Positions 33,825 through 47,144 of a DNA stretch of 64,000 nucleotides are shown here, one piece after another (within the stretch, counting starts at the first letter, position 1; every line of letters begins with the position of its first letter). Location: assembly GCF_018977255.1 (NCBI RefSeq), contig NW_024704743.1:91142001-91206000 (forward strand), in the 5' to 3' direction. Made by a program: the position numbers and the translations under genes. Source of the stretch: Callorhinchus milii (Eukaryota). Under the pieces are notes generated by a model, which saw only the letters and a list, made by a program, of their open reading frames with translations, was not told the origin of the DNA and searched no databases.

Positions 33825-34356
33825 ACAAAAACAGAAGTCGCTCGTAACACTCAGCAGGTCAGGCAGCATCTATGTGAGGAACGTTTCGGGTCCATGACAC
33901 TTTGTCAGAACTGGGGCATGTTGGGATGGAGAGGATTTTAAGGGCTAACAGAGGTATTATATCATCTTGGTCCCAGTCACAACTTTTCTCTCTCTGATCT
34001 GCCTGTTTCGTTGCAATCTTTTTTCCTCCCACCTTTTTGTTCTGCAGTATTAACACCTCTATTGCCCTGTTTTGTTGCAGTCCCCCCTTTGTTTTGCATC
34101 ATTAACACCTCTTTAACCCACCATCCCCTGTCCTCTAACCCATTTTCTCCTTTGTCTTCCTTGCCCTGCCTCCCCCTCCCTGTTAGCCCTTAAAAGCCTC
34201 TCCCTCCCAACGTGCCCCAGTTCTGCCGAAGTATCGTGGACCTGAAAGGGTGACTCAATTTCCTTTCTGCATAGATGCTGCCTGACCTGCTGAGTGTTCC
34301 CAGCAACTTCTGTTTTTGTTTCAGATTCCCAGCATCTGCAGTATTTTGTGTTTTGT
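33825..34356. mobile_element. Penelope-like element remnant with inverted arms and a 15-bp target-site duplication
   Basis: Arms at about 33825-33953 and 34178-34319 are reverse complements (ACTCAGCAGGTCAGGCAGCATCTATG / CATAGATGCTGCCTGACCTGCTGAGT); TTATAATGTACTGTA at 33810-33824 and 34357-34371. Confidence 0.75.
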
Positions 34357-35011
34357 TTATAATGTACTGTATTTGATATCGCGCCTTATCTTGCCATCAA
34401 GACCTTTGAAAAGAAAATATTTGTATCAGTAATGCTGAAGTGTGGTATATTTATCTTTAGGTCGGTCTTGCCTTGTTTCTCTTCTCTTCAACTTATGTAT
34501 TTTTGCAGTTTGAAGTATTGAATTGCTTCCTGCTGTTCCGAAATCTGCTGATCTGGGGATTTTTTTTATAACTTGCTGTTTCTGTCCACTTCAGTGGTTT
34601 TACTTCTCCTGTTTTACCAAAGCCATTTAATTGCTGCAGAGTGGTTAGATGTGATATTCATGAAATCATTCACCAGTCCTGTTTTCAGTTTTTCTGCCGT
34701 CAAATGCTCACAGCCGTGTCCCACAAACAGTTGGGATTGAGTTACCAAATTTCTCAAAACACTTCACAGGATTTTTTTGTGTAAAGTGACTTCTTGTAGT
34801 GACTGTGAATTTCGTAGGCTGATGCAGCAGTCAATTTGCACACAGCTGTGTCCCACAAACAGCCGGGAAGTGAATGGTCGATTTTATCTGGGGGATTGCC
34901 AGGCAGGACCCGGAGAGGGAGAGAAACTCCCTTCTCTTTTCCTCTCCACCATCTGAGCAAGCAGATTTGACAAACTGAAATTCCTTAAACATGGCTTTAA
35001 TGTTAAAATGT

Positions 35012-35327
35012 GGAGTCCTGTAGCTCAGTGGTTAGAGCACTCGCTTTGCAAGTGAGAGACCTGAGTTCAATTCCAGGCAGGTCAGGGCGAAACCTTGGGC
35101 AAGTTTCTTTACTGCACACACCTAATAATAATACCTCCAAAAGCAATAATAAAATTGGTAATTTTCAATCTACGACTGTTTGTGGGACATTGCTGTGCGC
35201 AATTGGCTGCCGCGTTCGCCCACAAATATACAGTCAATTCACTTTACAGTGTGTTCTGTGAAGCGCTTTGGGACGTCCTCCCGACGTGAAAAGCGCTATA
35301 TCAAATGCAAGGATTATTGTTATTATA
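35012..35327 (+). mobile_element. Deu SINE, short subfamily, full length
   Basis: Same consensus as 1545-1865. Confidence 0.92.
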
Positions 35328-35819
35328 ATGCCATTTTCCCCATTGAGTAACAGCGTCCGAAAACCTTGTTTTTTTAATGTGTCTTTTTTCTCCACACCCC
35401 ATCAGATTCTATTTTTGTATCAGTTCTGCTCTGGCAGGCACACCTTGTACTTGTGCTTTTGACATAGTTGTGGACTGGCTTCCTCTAACTCACCTCTTTT
35501 TTGTTTGCATTTGACTGTTTTATTAGGTGAGATTATTCACTCTCGATCCACTATCAGTTGGTCAGTTGATGAATTGTTACCATAGTAGCTCTAATGGTAC
35601 AGCTTTATTGTGTGCACTTTTGAAATCACTTGGATTTGTGTTTTAAAAACTAAAGTATGTCAAATGTCACAATTTTTGAGCTTCTCCTCACCCGCTGCCA
35701 ATTATACAGCTCCCTCGGCCAACACCACCGCCAAAATAAATATTACTTACACTTGTACCCCACAAAAATAATTATATTCAAAATTTTTTTGAGCTTTGGT
35801 ACTTTAATTCCTCTCTCAA

Positions 35820-35972
35820 CAATCCACACTCACTGCACATTATTCTCTTCACATCCCACTCACTGCATGTCATTCCCTTGCACCACTCACTTAATTCATC
35901 CTTGCTCTCCACTGCATGTCATTATCTTTCTCTCCACACATCCCACTCACTACACGCCATTCCCTCACTGCT
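35820..35972. repeat. Degenerate CA-rich tandem repeat (CCCACTCACTGCATGTCATT-like units)
   Basis: Four to five recognisable units. Confidence 0.6.
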
Positions 35973-37167
35973 CTTGGATCCTTGGAGCTGCTTCATCTCT
36001 CAGATTTGATTCCAATGCCCTCCTCGCTGGTCTCCTAGCTCCGCTATCCACAAAATCCAGATTCAGAACTTCGCTGTCCGTATACTCACCCGCTCTAAAC
36101 TCCGTACCCGAATCAGACCAGTCCTCGCCAGGATCACTGGCTTCCTATCTTAACACACTCGTCTCCAAATCCCGTCATGCCCTGGCACCTCCCTATCCCT
36201 CCGACCTGCCTACTCTCCACCACCACCTTCTCTTCGCTGGCTCCGACATCCTGCATGTCCCTCATCCCCCTCTGCTCCCCCATTGGCGGCCGTGCTTTCA
36301 GCCACCATGCCCCTGAAACTATGGAAGTCTCTTCCTAAATCCCCCTGCCTTGCATCCTCCTTCCCCATCTTCAGATCATACCTGAAGACCTTTCTCCTCA
36401 ACCATGCCTACAGTCACCTCCTCCCTCTACCCGGCTCAGTGTCAACTGCCGCTGTTAAGTGTTCTGAGACGCTACCCTGCCTGAACAGCGCGATATCAAT
36501 GAAAGTTGTTAAATTTAAGGAAAACAGCCCTGTGATTCCTAGACTGGTTGCATCCTAACTGTAGAAGTCATTACCACCATTGCCACCTACGCTCGGTTGA
36601 CTCCGACCTCCTGCACATCTCTTGTCCCGTCTGCTCCACTATCGGGGCATTGCTTTCAGCTTCTACGCCCCAAAGCTTTGGAAATGTCTCCCTCAATGCC
36701 TCCGTCTTGCCCCACCTCCTTTTTCAGATCATGCCTGAAGACTTCAACCACTTACGGTTACTTTCTCCCCAGCTTGGACTCAGGCTGTTAAGCGCGCCGA
36801 GACATTACCCTGTGTGAAGGGTGCTATATAAATTCAAGTTGGTGGTGGTGGTACCTTCAATGGAGTTGATAGGGCTGAGGATCAGGCTTCTTTGGCCTAT
36901 TCTTCACTTTATATTATTTAGCTACAGTTTTTTCAAGAGATGCCTTTGATTCAAGTATTCAAAATCCTATTAATTCAAGTACAAATCGTGTCATTGCTGC
37001 TTTTGTTGACAGGCACTGCTGTGTGTCAGGCTGTTGACATCACATAGTGCTCGCTTGGCATACATTCTCCCCACATCGCACACTGCATTGTAGCACTGTA
37101 CCCAAGACTCTCGCGCTGACTCAGATGAAGCTTTTTCAATGACTTTTACCATCTTTTACCGTCCTGC

Positions 37168-37495
37168 TAATCCTGTAAACCAAAGCTCCAAAGGGTTGAG
37201 CGGACAGTCTTTGGGAAGCTTGCCAGACAGTGCTATTAATGGCAGGCTGTGCAGTTTTAGCTGGTTAATCTCCAGCAGTAGTACCCAAATGTACACTCTG
37301 GTGTCCCTAAGCCTTGCTTCTTTCCAATCTGTACCTTATACTGTGGAATTAACAAAAAGTGCGTCCCTCCAGGGAGAGAGTGGAATACACATTCCACTCC
37401 AGACACAGGAAAATTTGTAAGTAGCATACATATGTGGAACTCTGTCTGGTTTGGATATTTTTAAGCATGGTAATGGGTTTCTACAGGTGTCAGAC
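37168..37495 (+). mobile_element. Third, more diverged 3' fragment of the same unusual LINE family
   Basis: Shares AAGCTTGCCAGACAG, CTCCAGCAGTA, CACTCTGG, CCAGGGAGAGA and TTAAGCATGGT.ATGGGTTT with 13760-14100. Confidence 0.75.
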
Positions 37496-38054
37496 ACTTG
37501 GCTGATCTCAAATAATTATAAACCATTTTCTGCTCCTGCACAGCTTTTCATTCCTTCTGTCTTTCCGCTTAACAGTTGAGTCACAAAACCAGCCTTTAGC
37601 AGTGTGGGTGGATTTTGTATTTGAACTGGATTAAAGCCATTGGTTTCTGCTTACTCAATGACATTTTAGATGATTGAAAGTTTCTCTAAATTGAGCATAA
37701 AAGCAGCCATTGAAAGATTTGCTGGGTAGGGAGGAAACTGCTCAGGACTTTTACGAACAGAACATTCCCTGTAGCATTCAGCAATTTATCGATTAATACG
37801 GCGATAGCATTTCTCCGTTTGAGGTTGAAGCTTGTGTTGAGGTGTTTATGACTGTTTTATCTTTCCGCTCCTTCCTGTTAGACGTTAACTGAAATAGAGT
37901 AGCATGACCTCGCAAGCTAATGCTTTCATTGTTCTCTCCCAGTGCCTCTCCCCAGTGTGTGTTAATACTTTTACTGGTTTGTTTTATTAATAGCACTCAA
38001 GCCAATTATCTATTTGCATTTGTGAAACTGTGCGACCTCTACTGATGGTATTCT

Positions 38055-38445
38055 ATAATAATAATCTTTGCATTTGATATATATAGCGCCTTATCACGTC
38101 TTTGAGATGTCTCAAAGATCTTCACAAAATATACTGTAAAGTGAATTGACTGTACATTTTGTGGGCGAAACGCAGCAGCCAATTGCGCACAGCAGTGTCC
38201 CACAAACAGTCGTGAATTGAGTGACCAAATTATTATTGTTTAAAAAAAATTGTGTTTTTGAAGGAATTATTATCCTTGGAAACGCGATGCACTAATTGAC
38301 TGACAACTGGATTCCTACTCACTGCTAAGTAAACAGAGGCTTGTGGAGTAAGAAAACTTGCACAATATTTTGCTCTGCCGGGAATCAAATCCAGGTCTTC
38401 TCGCTTGCAAGGCGAATGCTCTTAACCACGAAGCTACAGGAATCC
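38055..38445 (-). mobile_element. Deu SINE, long subfamily
   Basis: Reverse complement of the long consensus. Confidence 0.88.
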
Positions 38446-39475
38446 ATTCTGTGGGCAGTCTGCTTGTCATCAGAGTAGATTTCTGTTCCCAGATTGATTT
38501 ATTTGTTTCATTGAGTGAATGGGAGCAGTGTTTTGCTTGAATCATTTTATCCAGTGGTTGTCTAGGAGCTTATAAAAGATGACTTCACTCTTGGACTTCT
38601 TTTTCACAATTTGGCAATTTCTGGAAAAAGCAATTGACCATTTTGTGAATTTGACAGATTCAAAGTTAGCAAACAAATCACAAAACTCACAAAAAAATCA
38701 GACTACATCTTGCATTTAGATTGCATCTTTTACATAATGTAACATCTTGGAACACTATACAGAGATGGTGGGGTCCTTGAGCAGGGAGTGGGGAAGAGGC
38801 ATGGGCCTAAAATTGAAAATAACGAGGGAGGGAGGTTAAGGGAGGAAGTTCCAAGTTCCAGGTGGTGGGAGCACAGTAGCTGAAGGCTTTTGCCAATGAT
38901 GGTGGAGCGGAGGACCCAGCTTTGCTGAACAGAGGAGACAAGCAGAGGAAGACGATAAAGAAGACAAGCCTGGAGATGATCATAGAGGTAGAGAGTGTTT
39001 GAAGAGATTAGTAGGTGAGGGAGAGTATCATAAAATTGATATAGGAGCCTAGCGAGGATGAGGGTGGTGGGAGTGTGAAACTTTGTGAAGGTAAGGATGT
39101 GGGTAGCAGTATTAGATGACCGAGAGCTGGTGGATGGGGAAGCTGCGGATGCCAGTGAGGAGGCCATTTGAAAAGTCGATTCTGGAAGTGACGAACCTGT
39201 GACTGTCCTGTTTCAGGCATGTGATAGTCGAGGTGGATAAGGTGGGGATAGGCAAAGGTGGACAAAGTGGCAAAGTTGCAGAAAGGTTTTGGTCAGGGAA
39301 TAAATGTGAGTGGGAGGAAAGAGCCAAGACAAACTCAAAAGCCATGGTTAAATATTGATTCAGTGAGTTGCAGAGGGAGGTTCAGGAGGTCTGAGCCAGA
39401 AGCAAGGAGTCATTGGCAGGAGCTAAGGAGGATGGCTTCTATTTTTTCAGTTGAGGAGTCCTGTAGCTCAGTGGT

Positions 39476-39700
39476 TAGAGCACTCACCTCGCAAGCGAGA
39501 AACCTGGGTTTGATTCCTGGCAGGGCCAAACCTTGGGCAAGTTTTCTTACTGCACACGCCTGATAATAATCCCTCAAGAAAAAAACAACTGTTTGTGGGA
39601 CACTGCTGTGAGCAATTGGCTGCCTCGTCTTGCCCCAAAATTTAGTCAATTCACTTTACAGTATATTCTGTGAAGCGCTTTGAGACGTGTAGAAGACATG
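39476..39700 (+). mobile_element. Deu SINE, internally deleted, tail missing
   Basis: tRNA head and Deu core present. Confidence 0.85.
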
Positions 39701-40222
39701 TTTTGATTTATGGAGGATGGGGTATGTGGCTCGATGGTCAATGACTTTAAATAGTTTTTATACTGTGATTTTCAAGACAACTTGAAGGTTTCCATGGCAG
39801 CTGAGTTGCTATGGATACATTGACCGCTACTCAGGTTGGAGTGATTAGTTATAGATATCATGGGCAGTAATAAAATGGACAACCGCATCACCCTATAATA
39901 GTTAGGAAGTAAGTAACTGCGACCCACTGCCTCATAGCTTGGAAGAGAGATTATTTTAAAAGCATTTATTCAGCGACAATGAGATCCTTTCAGTCTCTTT
40001 TTTTTGATGAATGCACTTTGGGCTGTTTTGCTGTCTTCTCTGTTTGCACATTGGCACTTGCTTTGAGGAATGTTCCCAAATTTGTATAAAGCAAATCCAG
40101 CCTCGAGTACTGTTCTCTGCCTCTTGTAATGACCTTTAATAAGCTTTTGTTAATGACTTACATAGTTAAGCTGTTTTAAGGGAGAGGAGGTGGCTCTCAG
40201 TGTACCAGTGTACCTTTAGAGG

Positions 40223-41165
40223 TGAACTCTATCTTTCTGCTTCCACCCTCAACTCCAGGACTGCTGTCCTGACAGACTGCCTGTCGGACATCAAGTCCTG
40301 GATGAGGGCAAATTTCCAACAGTTGAATGTGAACAAGACTGAAGCCGTCCTGTTTGGCTCAGCCAGCGCCTCAGCCTCTGGCAGCATCAACCTCCATGGT
40401 TACACACTACAACTCACCAGCCAGTCAGGAACCCCGGTGTCTTGTTCAACCCTCAACTATCTTTTCTTCCCCACGTCCAAGCCATGACCCGCTCTGCCTT
40501 CCCTCACCTTCGTAACATCGCCCGACTCCGCCACTACCTCACCCCTCAGGCCACTGAAACTCTTGTTCATGCCTTCATCACCTCCAGGCTCGACTATGCA
40601 AACGCCCTCCCTGCTTGTCGGCCTTCCCAACTCCTCCCTCCACAGGCTACAGATAATCCAGAACTCTGCAGCCTGTGACCTCTCCCGCACCAAACTCCGT
40701 GACCCCATCTCCCCCATTCTTGTCCGACTCCATTGGCTCCCTATCCTTCAGCGGATCCAGTTCAAGATCCTGGTCCTCACATACAAATCCCTCCATGGCC
40801 TCCCCCCACCATGCCTCTGCGACCTCCTAACCCCCTACCAACCCGCCCGCTCCCTCGGCTCAGCCGGCTCTGGCCTGCTCCACGTCCCCCAACCCATCCG
40901 CCCCATCATTGGTGGGTGACCCTTCAGCCACTGCCCCCAACCTCTGGAATTCCATCCCCCAGTCACTCCACCTCATCCCCTCCTTAGCCTCCTTCAAGTC
41001 CCGCCTCAAGACCCTTCTCTTCGACCATGCCATCGGCCACCCCCCTTCCCCTCCCTTCTCCCCCCCTGACCCCAGCTCGGGTCTGAATTGCTGTACACTG
41101 TCCAGCGCCTTGGGATGTTCTCCCGACATGAAAGGCGCTATACAAATGTAATCTTGTTGTTGTTG
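40223..41165 (+). mobile_element. L2 LINE 3' fragment
   Basis: [32 protein letters not shown], plus L2 tail. Confidence 0.9.
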
Positions 41166-41297
41166 AACATCTTTGCAGCTGTCACTGTCTCTGAATGAGA
41201 GTGCACAACTTAAATGGATTATGGTTCAGGTAAGGTATGTGAGGCCCTCTATATCAGCTATCTACATTGAGCTTTTTAAATGTTTGTTTCTGAACAG

Positions 41298-41414
41298 GTT
41301 AATATCGTGAACAGAGAAAAGGTCGCAAAAATCAACAAAGCATTCACAGAAGTACAAAAAGAAGTTAAAAATTTATCCAAAGATATACCAAAAGTTTCAA
41401 AGAAAGCAGTTCAG
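41298..41414 (+). CDS. RBIS: RBIS second coding exon
   Basis: AACAG acceptor, VNIVNREKVAKINKAFTEVQKEVKNLSKDIPKVSKKAVQ, CAG|GTAAAA donor. Confidence 0.93.
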
Positions 41415-42076
41415 GTAAAAGCCTCTTTTATTCTAATGAATCCTCAATAGGTTACTGAACGTGCCTGACCATAAACCTTATACATCTCCACCTGGCAATA
41501 TACTGTGTGTGTCAGCCTGGATTAGCACTCTCACCTAATTCAGAAGGTTGCGGGTTCAAACCCCACATCGGGAATTTGAACTCATATAATCTAAGCTGAA
41601 ACTCCAATACAGTGTAGTGGGGTGCATATTGTCGGATGTGCCATTCTTCGGATGTAACATTGTGCAGATGTTCATAGGTCTTGCATGCCTTTTCAGGTGG
41701 ATGTTAAAGATCGCATAGTACCATCTGAAAAGAAGGGAATTTCTCCCAGTGTCTGGGGCCAACAATCCCCCAAATTAAATTAGTCATTCACTTTATGGCT
41801 GTGTTCAAACTGGCTGCCGTGTTCGCCTACAATATACACAATCACTGCACTTTTCATTAAATCCCGTGAAGTACTTTGAGACGTCCTCTCAAAGACACTA
41901 TATAAAATGTAGGGATTATTTTATTTCATAAGCTGGTAGACAACTGACATTTCTGCTAATGGACAGGAATGTTTCAATGTGTGCATGTGAGAGAGATCAT
42001 TGAATGGTAACTAATCTTCAATTTGGGAAAAGCTGGAGACTTTGTCCCATTACCCTGTCCCGTGAAGTCTTTAAGC

Positions 42077-42292
42077 CAGCATGGGCCAACAGCGGCCCAT
42101 GGGACGTTCACCAGGGAGGGAGGGAGGGAGCAGAAGTTGGAATGTTGGAAATGGTCTCAGGTCGGATAAAATTGCCGGCTGGGCTGGATGTGGCCCGCGG
42201 GCTGTCAGCTTGCCGAGGCTGGAGTGTGGCCCATGGATCTTTCTCAAATAGGCACTCTGGCCTGTGGCAACCAAAAAATTGGACCACCTCCT
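42077..42292. mobile_element. Possible hAT/Charlie-like MITE remnant
   Basis: GGGCTGGATGTGGCCCGCGGGCTGTCAGCTTGCCG resembles the GGGCCGGATGTGGCCCGCGGGCC subterminal motif of Charlie-type elements. Confidence 0.4.
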
Positions 42293-43429
42293 CTTAAGCC
42301 ATCATCCTATACGAAGGGCGTTGTATAAATGCATATTGTTGTTCAAAGAAGAAAGTACAGGGCACCCAGTGGCGGAGCTGGGCAATGTTGCGGAGGTGGG
42401 TGAAGGCAGAGCGGGTCATGGCACGGATATGGGGGAGAAAGGGCAGTTGAGGGTCGAACAAGACGTTCAGTTCCTGACTGGCTTGGTGAGGTGGAGTAAG
42501 ATGCTATGTCAAATGCAGGGATTATTATGCTTATAATAACATCCTCGGCAACTATTTCATAAGTAGCTCAACTTTGGGGGAAAAAAACTGTTGAAATATT
42601 GAAAATGCAATGGAATAACAACTTACATTTATAAAACGCCTTTCAAACGGGATAGGGTCCTGGAACCCTGTTATGAAGTATTTCACTAAAACATGGCTGT
42701 GTGTGTTGGGCAATTTGGGTTTAGACCAAGACTTTAACTTGTCCAAAACACATGGGCAATTCCCTGGCGCATCGCCTGTGTGCAGAACATGCATGAAGTG
42801 ATGACAGTGGTAACCTGATATTCAGAAGTTGATGATTATGATCTTCCCGCCCCTCCCCCTCCCAAGCCATTCCCGTGTTGTCTGTAGATGTTTGTGTGGT
42901 GAGCTGGAGGTGCTGTCTGGCGATCGCTCCCTACTCCAGTGCTGGTTGGGAATTTATGAATCACAGCTGTTTGTTAACGGATCACCACTGCAGCAGTGTT
43001 TGATCTCGAATGGTGAGAAAGGTCATAGAAACTAAGTAACTGAACCTTTTACACGTTTCCACTATGCCCGATGAACCCATCTGACTACTGTCCATTAATT
43101 ACTTGGATTACCAAATTGCTTCAGCTGATTTCAAGCATGATATCTTCATGGTGACACTTTTATAACATTTGATGTGGGAAAAGAAATCAGCTTTTGATCA
43201 TGACAGTTCCTCTATTTCTGAATCTGGGCCATATAGATAAGGAAATGTGTGTGATTTCAACCAGGTGAGATTATGTGCTACCTACCTCTGTATTTACTCT
43301 GTTACCTCTGTTTCGCCCGCAAAACACATAGTCACTACACTTTAGTGTATCCTGTGAATACTTTGAGACATCTGGAAGACGTGATAAGGCACTATATCAA
43401 ATGCAAGGATTATTATTATTATCTCATTG

Positions 43430-44910
43430 CCTCAATCCCTCCACCTCACCCTCTACCTTAAGATCTACCTCTTCGACTGCACCCATGTGACCTCCCCCTC
43501 CCCCTTTTCCCTTGCTCGGTCTAACCCCACCACCTCATGGTGCTTCGAGAAGTGACCCATCACAGCTATCTAGTTACCGGCCCATCTCAAATCTCCCCTT
43601 CCTATCCAAGGTCCTTGAGAGAGCCGTTGCCTCCCAGCTTCGCTCTTTCCTCTCCTCTCACTCGCTCCATGAGCCCCTCCAATCGGGTTTCCATGCTGCC
43701 CACAGCTCAGAAACTTCTCTGGTCAAGGTCACAAACGACATCCTGACCATGTGTGACCAGGGCTCCCTCTGCCTCCTCGTCCTCCTCGACCTTTCCGCCG
43801 CCTTTGACACCGTGGACCACTCAATCCTCCTCCACCGCCTCTCCTCCCACCTCAACCTTCAAGGTCCTTGACTGGTTCAGGTCCTACCTTTCACACCGCT
43901 TCCACTTCGTTGCGGCAAACAGCTCTTCCTCCAGCCCCGCACATCGTGTGATGTTCCTCAGGGTTCTGTCCTCGGTCCCCTTTGGTGACATCATCCGCAG
44001 AAATGGGGTAAATTTCCACATGTATGCGGATAACACCCAACTCTATCTCTCTGCCTCCACCCTCAACTCCAGGACTACTGGCATCCTGGACGAGGGCCAG
44101 CTTTCTTCAACTCAACGTCAGCAAGACAGAGGCCCTTATGATTGGCTCGCGCCAGCGCCTCCGCACCTCAGGCGCTGGCAGCATCAGCATCCATGACTGC
44201 ACACTCAGCCTCACTAGGCCAGTCAGGAACCTGGGTGTCTTGTTTGACCCTTTCTTTGTTTGATCCTTTCTCCCCCACATCCGTGCCATGACCGGCACTG
44301 CCAACCACCACCTCCGCAACATTGCCAGACTCTGCCACTGCCTCACTCTCAGACTGCCGAAACCCTCACCCACATCAAGGCTTGACTATGGGAACTCCCT
44401 CCTCATCGGCCTTCCCAACTCTTCCCTTCACAAGCTGTGGATCATCCAAAACTCTGCAGCTCGTGTACTCTCATGCACCAGGCTCAGTGACCCCATCACT
44501 CCCACCCTCCCTGACTCCACTGGCTCCCCATCCCCCAGAGGATCGAGTTCAAGATCCTCGTCCTGACCTTTAAGGCCATCCATGGCCTTCCCCCACTCCC
44601 TCCGTTCAGTGGGCTCTGGTCTGCTCCATGTCTCCCACCTGACCCGCCCTACCATCAGTGACCGGGCTTTCAGCCTCTCTGCCCCCACACTCTGGAACTC
44701 CATCCCACGGTCCCTTCGCCTCGCCTCCTTCAAGGCCGGTCTCAAGACCCTTCTCTTCGACCGTGCATTTGGTCAACCTTCCACCTTTCTGCCTTCCCTC
44801 ACCCCTACATCACCCCTCCCCAATGCTCGGGCCCCGACACCTGACTGTTCTGCGCTTTGGGACGTCCTCCCGATGTGAAAGGCGCTCTATAAATGTAATT
44901 TTGTTGTTGT
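43430..44910 (+). mobile_element. L2 LINE fragment
   Basis: [39 protein letters not shown], plus L2 tail. Confidence 0.9.
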
Positions 44911-45183
44911 ATCCTGCACGAATGATGCTATATAAATGCAAAATGTTGTTGCTTATTGATCCTGGGTAAAGGTTGTAAAGGAATTGCCAGGACATTAGAT
45001 TGTAGAGACTTACCCCAGAACTAGAAATTAGTGGATTTTGACTGCTCCATGTCAATTACGGGAACTCCCTCCTCATCGGCCTTCCCAACTCTTCCCTTCA
45101 CAAGCTGCAGATCATCCCAAACTCGGCAGCTCGTGAATAATTAGTTCACTGCTAATATGTCAGTATTTTGCTTTTGGTTGCAG

Positions 45184-45252
45184 ATTGCCAAACCACCACC
45201 TGCTGAACCCCTTAACGTGGATGCTGCCGTTCAGATGTTCTCTCAGCTGTAA
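45184..45252 (+). CDS. RBIS: RBIS last coding exon
   Basis: TTGCAG acceptor, IAKPPPAEPLNVDAAVQMFSQL-TAA; AATAAA at 45290-45295 and 45652-45657. Confidence 0.9.
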   Translation: MAKPPPAEPLNVDAAVQMFSQL

Positions 45253-46043
45253 ATTGAATAATTACTGTAAATGGACAAGTCAGCGTGTAAATAAAAATGT
45301 GCGAGGATTAGGCTTCATCTTCCTTCTTCTGTCAAAACTCTGGTGGTTGCTTTACATGAATGGAGAATCCGTTCGGTGACATCAGAGCCACTTGGAGCGA
45401 TTGTGCGTTCAAGAGCAAATCGTAAGCCTTAGTGTGGAGAATCCCAAGGTCACGTTTTGGGGGAAAATTATATTAATTAAAACAGAAAATGTTGGAAGTG
45501 CAAAAGTTGCTTGGGGATCAGAGACAAAGATGTGTAAATATCAACATTTTCTGTTTATTTCAGATGCATCAGATTTTTGTTCTTTATAATCCCTTTTTAA
45601 ATCTTGTATGGCAATGTTAATCACAGGACTGATTCAAAATGACTTTTAACCAATAAATTTTCAATAACTAATCTCCGATTTGCTTGACCCTTTACTATGC
45701 ATTGGACACTCTAGGTTTTAGCACCAGTGAAAAATTTAAAACAGAACATTTTGGACATGGAAACATGCATGGGGATTAACCAACTCAAGTGCAGGACCTC
45801 TGAAAACAACAACAAATTACATTTGTATAGCGTCTTTCTATACAGGAGGATGTCCCAAGGCGCTGGACAGTCAGGGATCTCCACACGAGCAGAGGGTTTG
45901 TCCATGTTTTATGATATTTTGCAGGTTTTACATTCTGCTATTTTACCACATTTTGATGAACAATACAAAGTCTGTATTGGTGCTCCATTGTTACCTTTGA
46001 CAAAAAAAAATTCTTCCCCTCTGTTGGAAGTCAATGATAATAT

Positions 46044-46346
46044 ATAATAATAATAATCCTTGCATTTGATATGGCGCTTTTCACGTCTTCTAGATGTCTC
46101 AAAGCGCTTCACAGAATAGACTAAAGTGAATTGACTGAATATTTGTGGGTGAAACACAGCTGCCAATTGTGCATAACAGTGCCCACAAACAGTCATGGAT
46201 TGAAAATGACCAATTTTTTGTTTTGGAGGGATTATTATTAGGCGTGTGGAGTAAGGAAACTTGCTCAAGGTTTCGCCCTGCCTGGAATTGAACCCAGGTG
46301 TCTCGCTTGCAAGGCGAGTGCTCTAACCACTGAGCCACAGCACTCC
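46044..46346 (-). mobile_element. Deu SINE, short subfamily
   Basis: Reverse complement of the short consensus. Confidence 0.9.
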
Positions 46347-47144
46347 TATGATTGACTTTTGTAGTTCTCATGGATGTTTCTATGGCAGGCAATTGATTGC
46401 AAAATAGATGAAGAGACAAAATACAGAACTCCAGGCCAGTCACGTCCTGGAGCAGACCCAAGACTACACTATTTATATAACACAAAAATTCATAGCTGTA
46501 ATCAATAGTGCTCAGTGCAAAGCATGATGAGACATTTGATCTTAAGCGAGAGGATAATTAAAGTGAGCCACAGAGAACAGTTAACTGGCAGGATTGACTG
46601 GCAGATGTTGATCATAATCTCATGGTTTTGGTCAGGCAGGAAGAGTTAAAGGTCCATTCACCGTTGGATTATATATTGAAATCTTACACCTAGGGAACCC
46701 TGCATGAAGCAGCAGTGACAATTTAACAGATTGCACATTGTAACAATGCCCTTTGGGAATCTTGTTTAATGGTTCAATTTGTTACAAACTAAATTCAGCC
46801 AATGGTTTAGGATGTGTTAAGGCACCCATTACAGTCTGAGTGTAAATCACGCACTGAACAGCTTGTATGGTCACATCAATTATAATGTGAAATGTAAAGT
46901 GTTTTGTAAAACATATGAATTGTAAAATCCTGCACAATACATCTGCCCAATGTAATGATTATTTAAGTTGTACACAATACTGTAAGGATGTTTTTAATCA
47001 TTTGAATGCCAGTGATTAGCTAACACATCAAGAGTTTGTTCTGCTGAGGCTCACAATTAACCTTGTGTGGAAATGACGCACTGAAACATCATTGAAAGAC
47101 TAAACTCATCCTTTTAAACGTGTGGCTGCCACTATCTTCAGTTA

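Larger units (their letters stand above)
32954..45252 (+). other. RBIS: Gene span: RBIS (C8orf59) ribosomal biogenesis factor, CDS join(32954..33070,41298..41414,45184..45252), 100 aa
   Basis: Spliced product MARNKSKAQKQNDVFKVANNKAISKAKGKAKPVTTNLKKVNIVNREKVAKINKAFTEVQKEVKNLSK...EPLNVDAAVQMFSQL; KAKPVTTNLKK is the RBIS signature; located next to E2F5. Confidence 0.95.
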
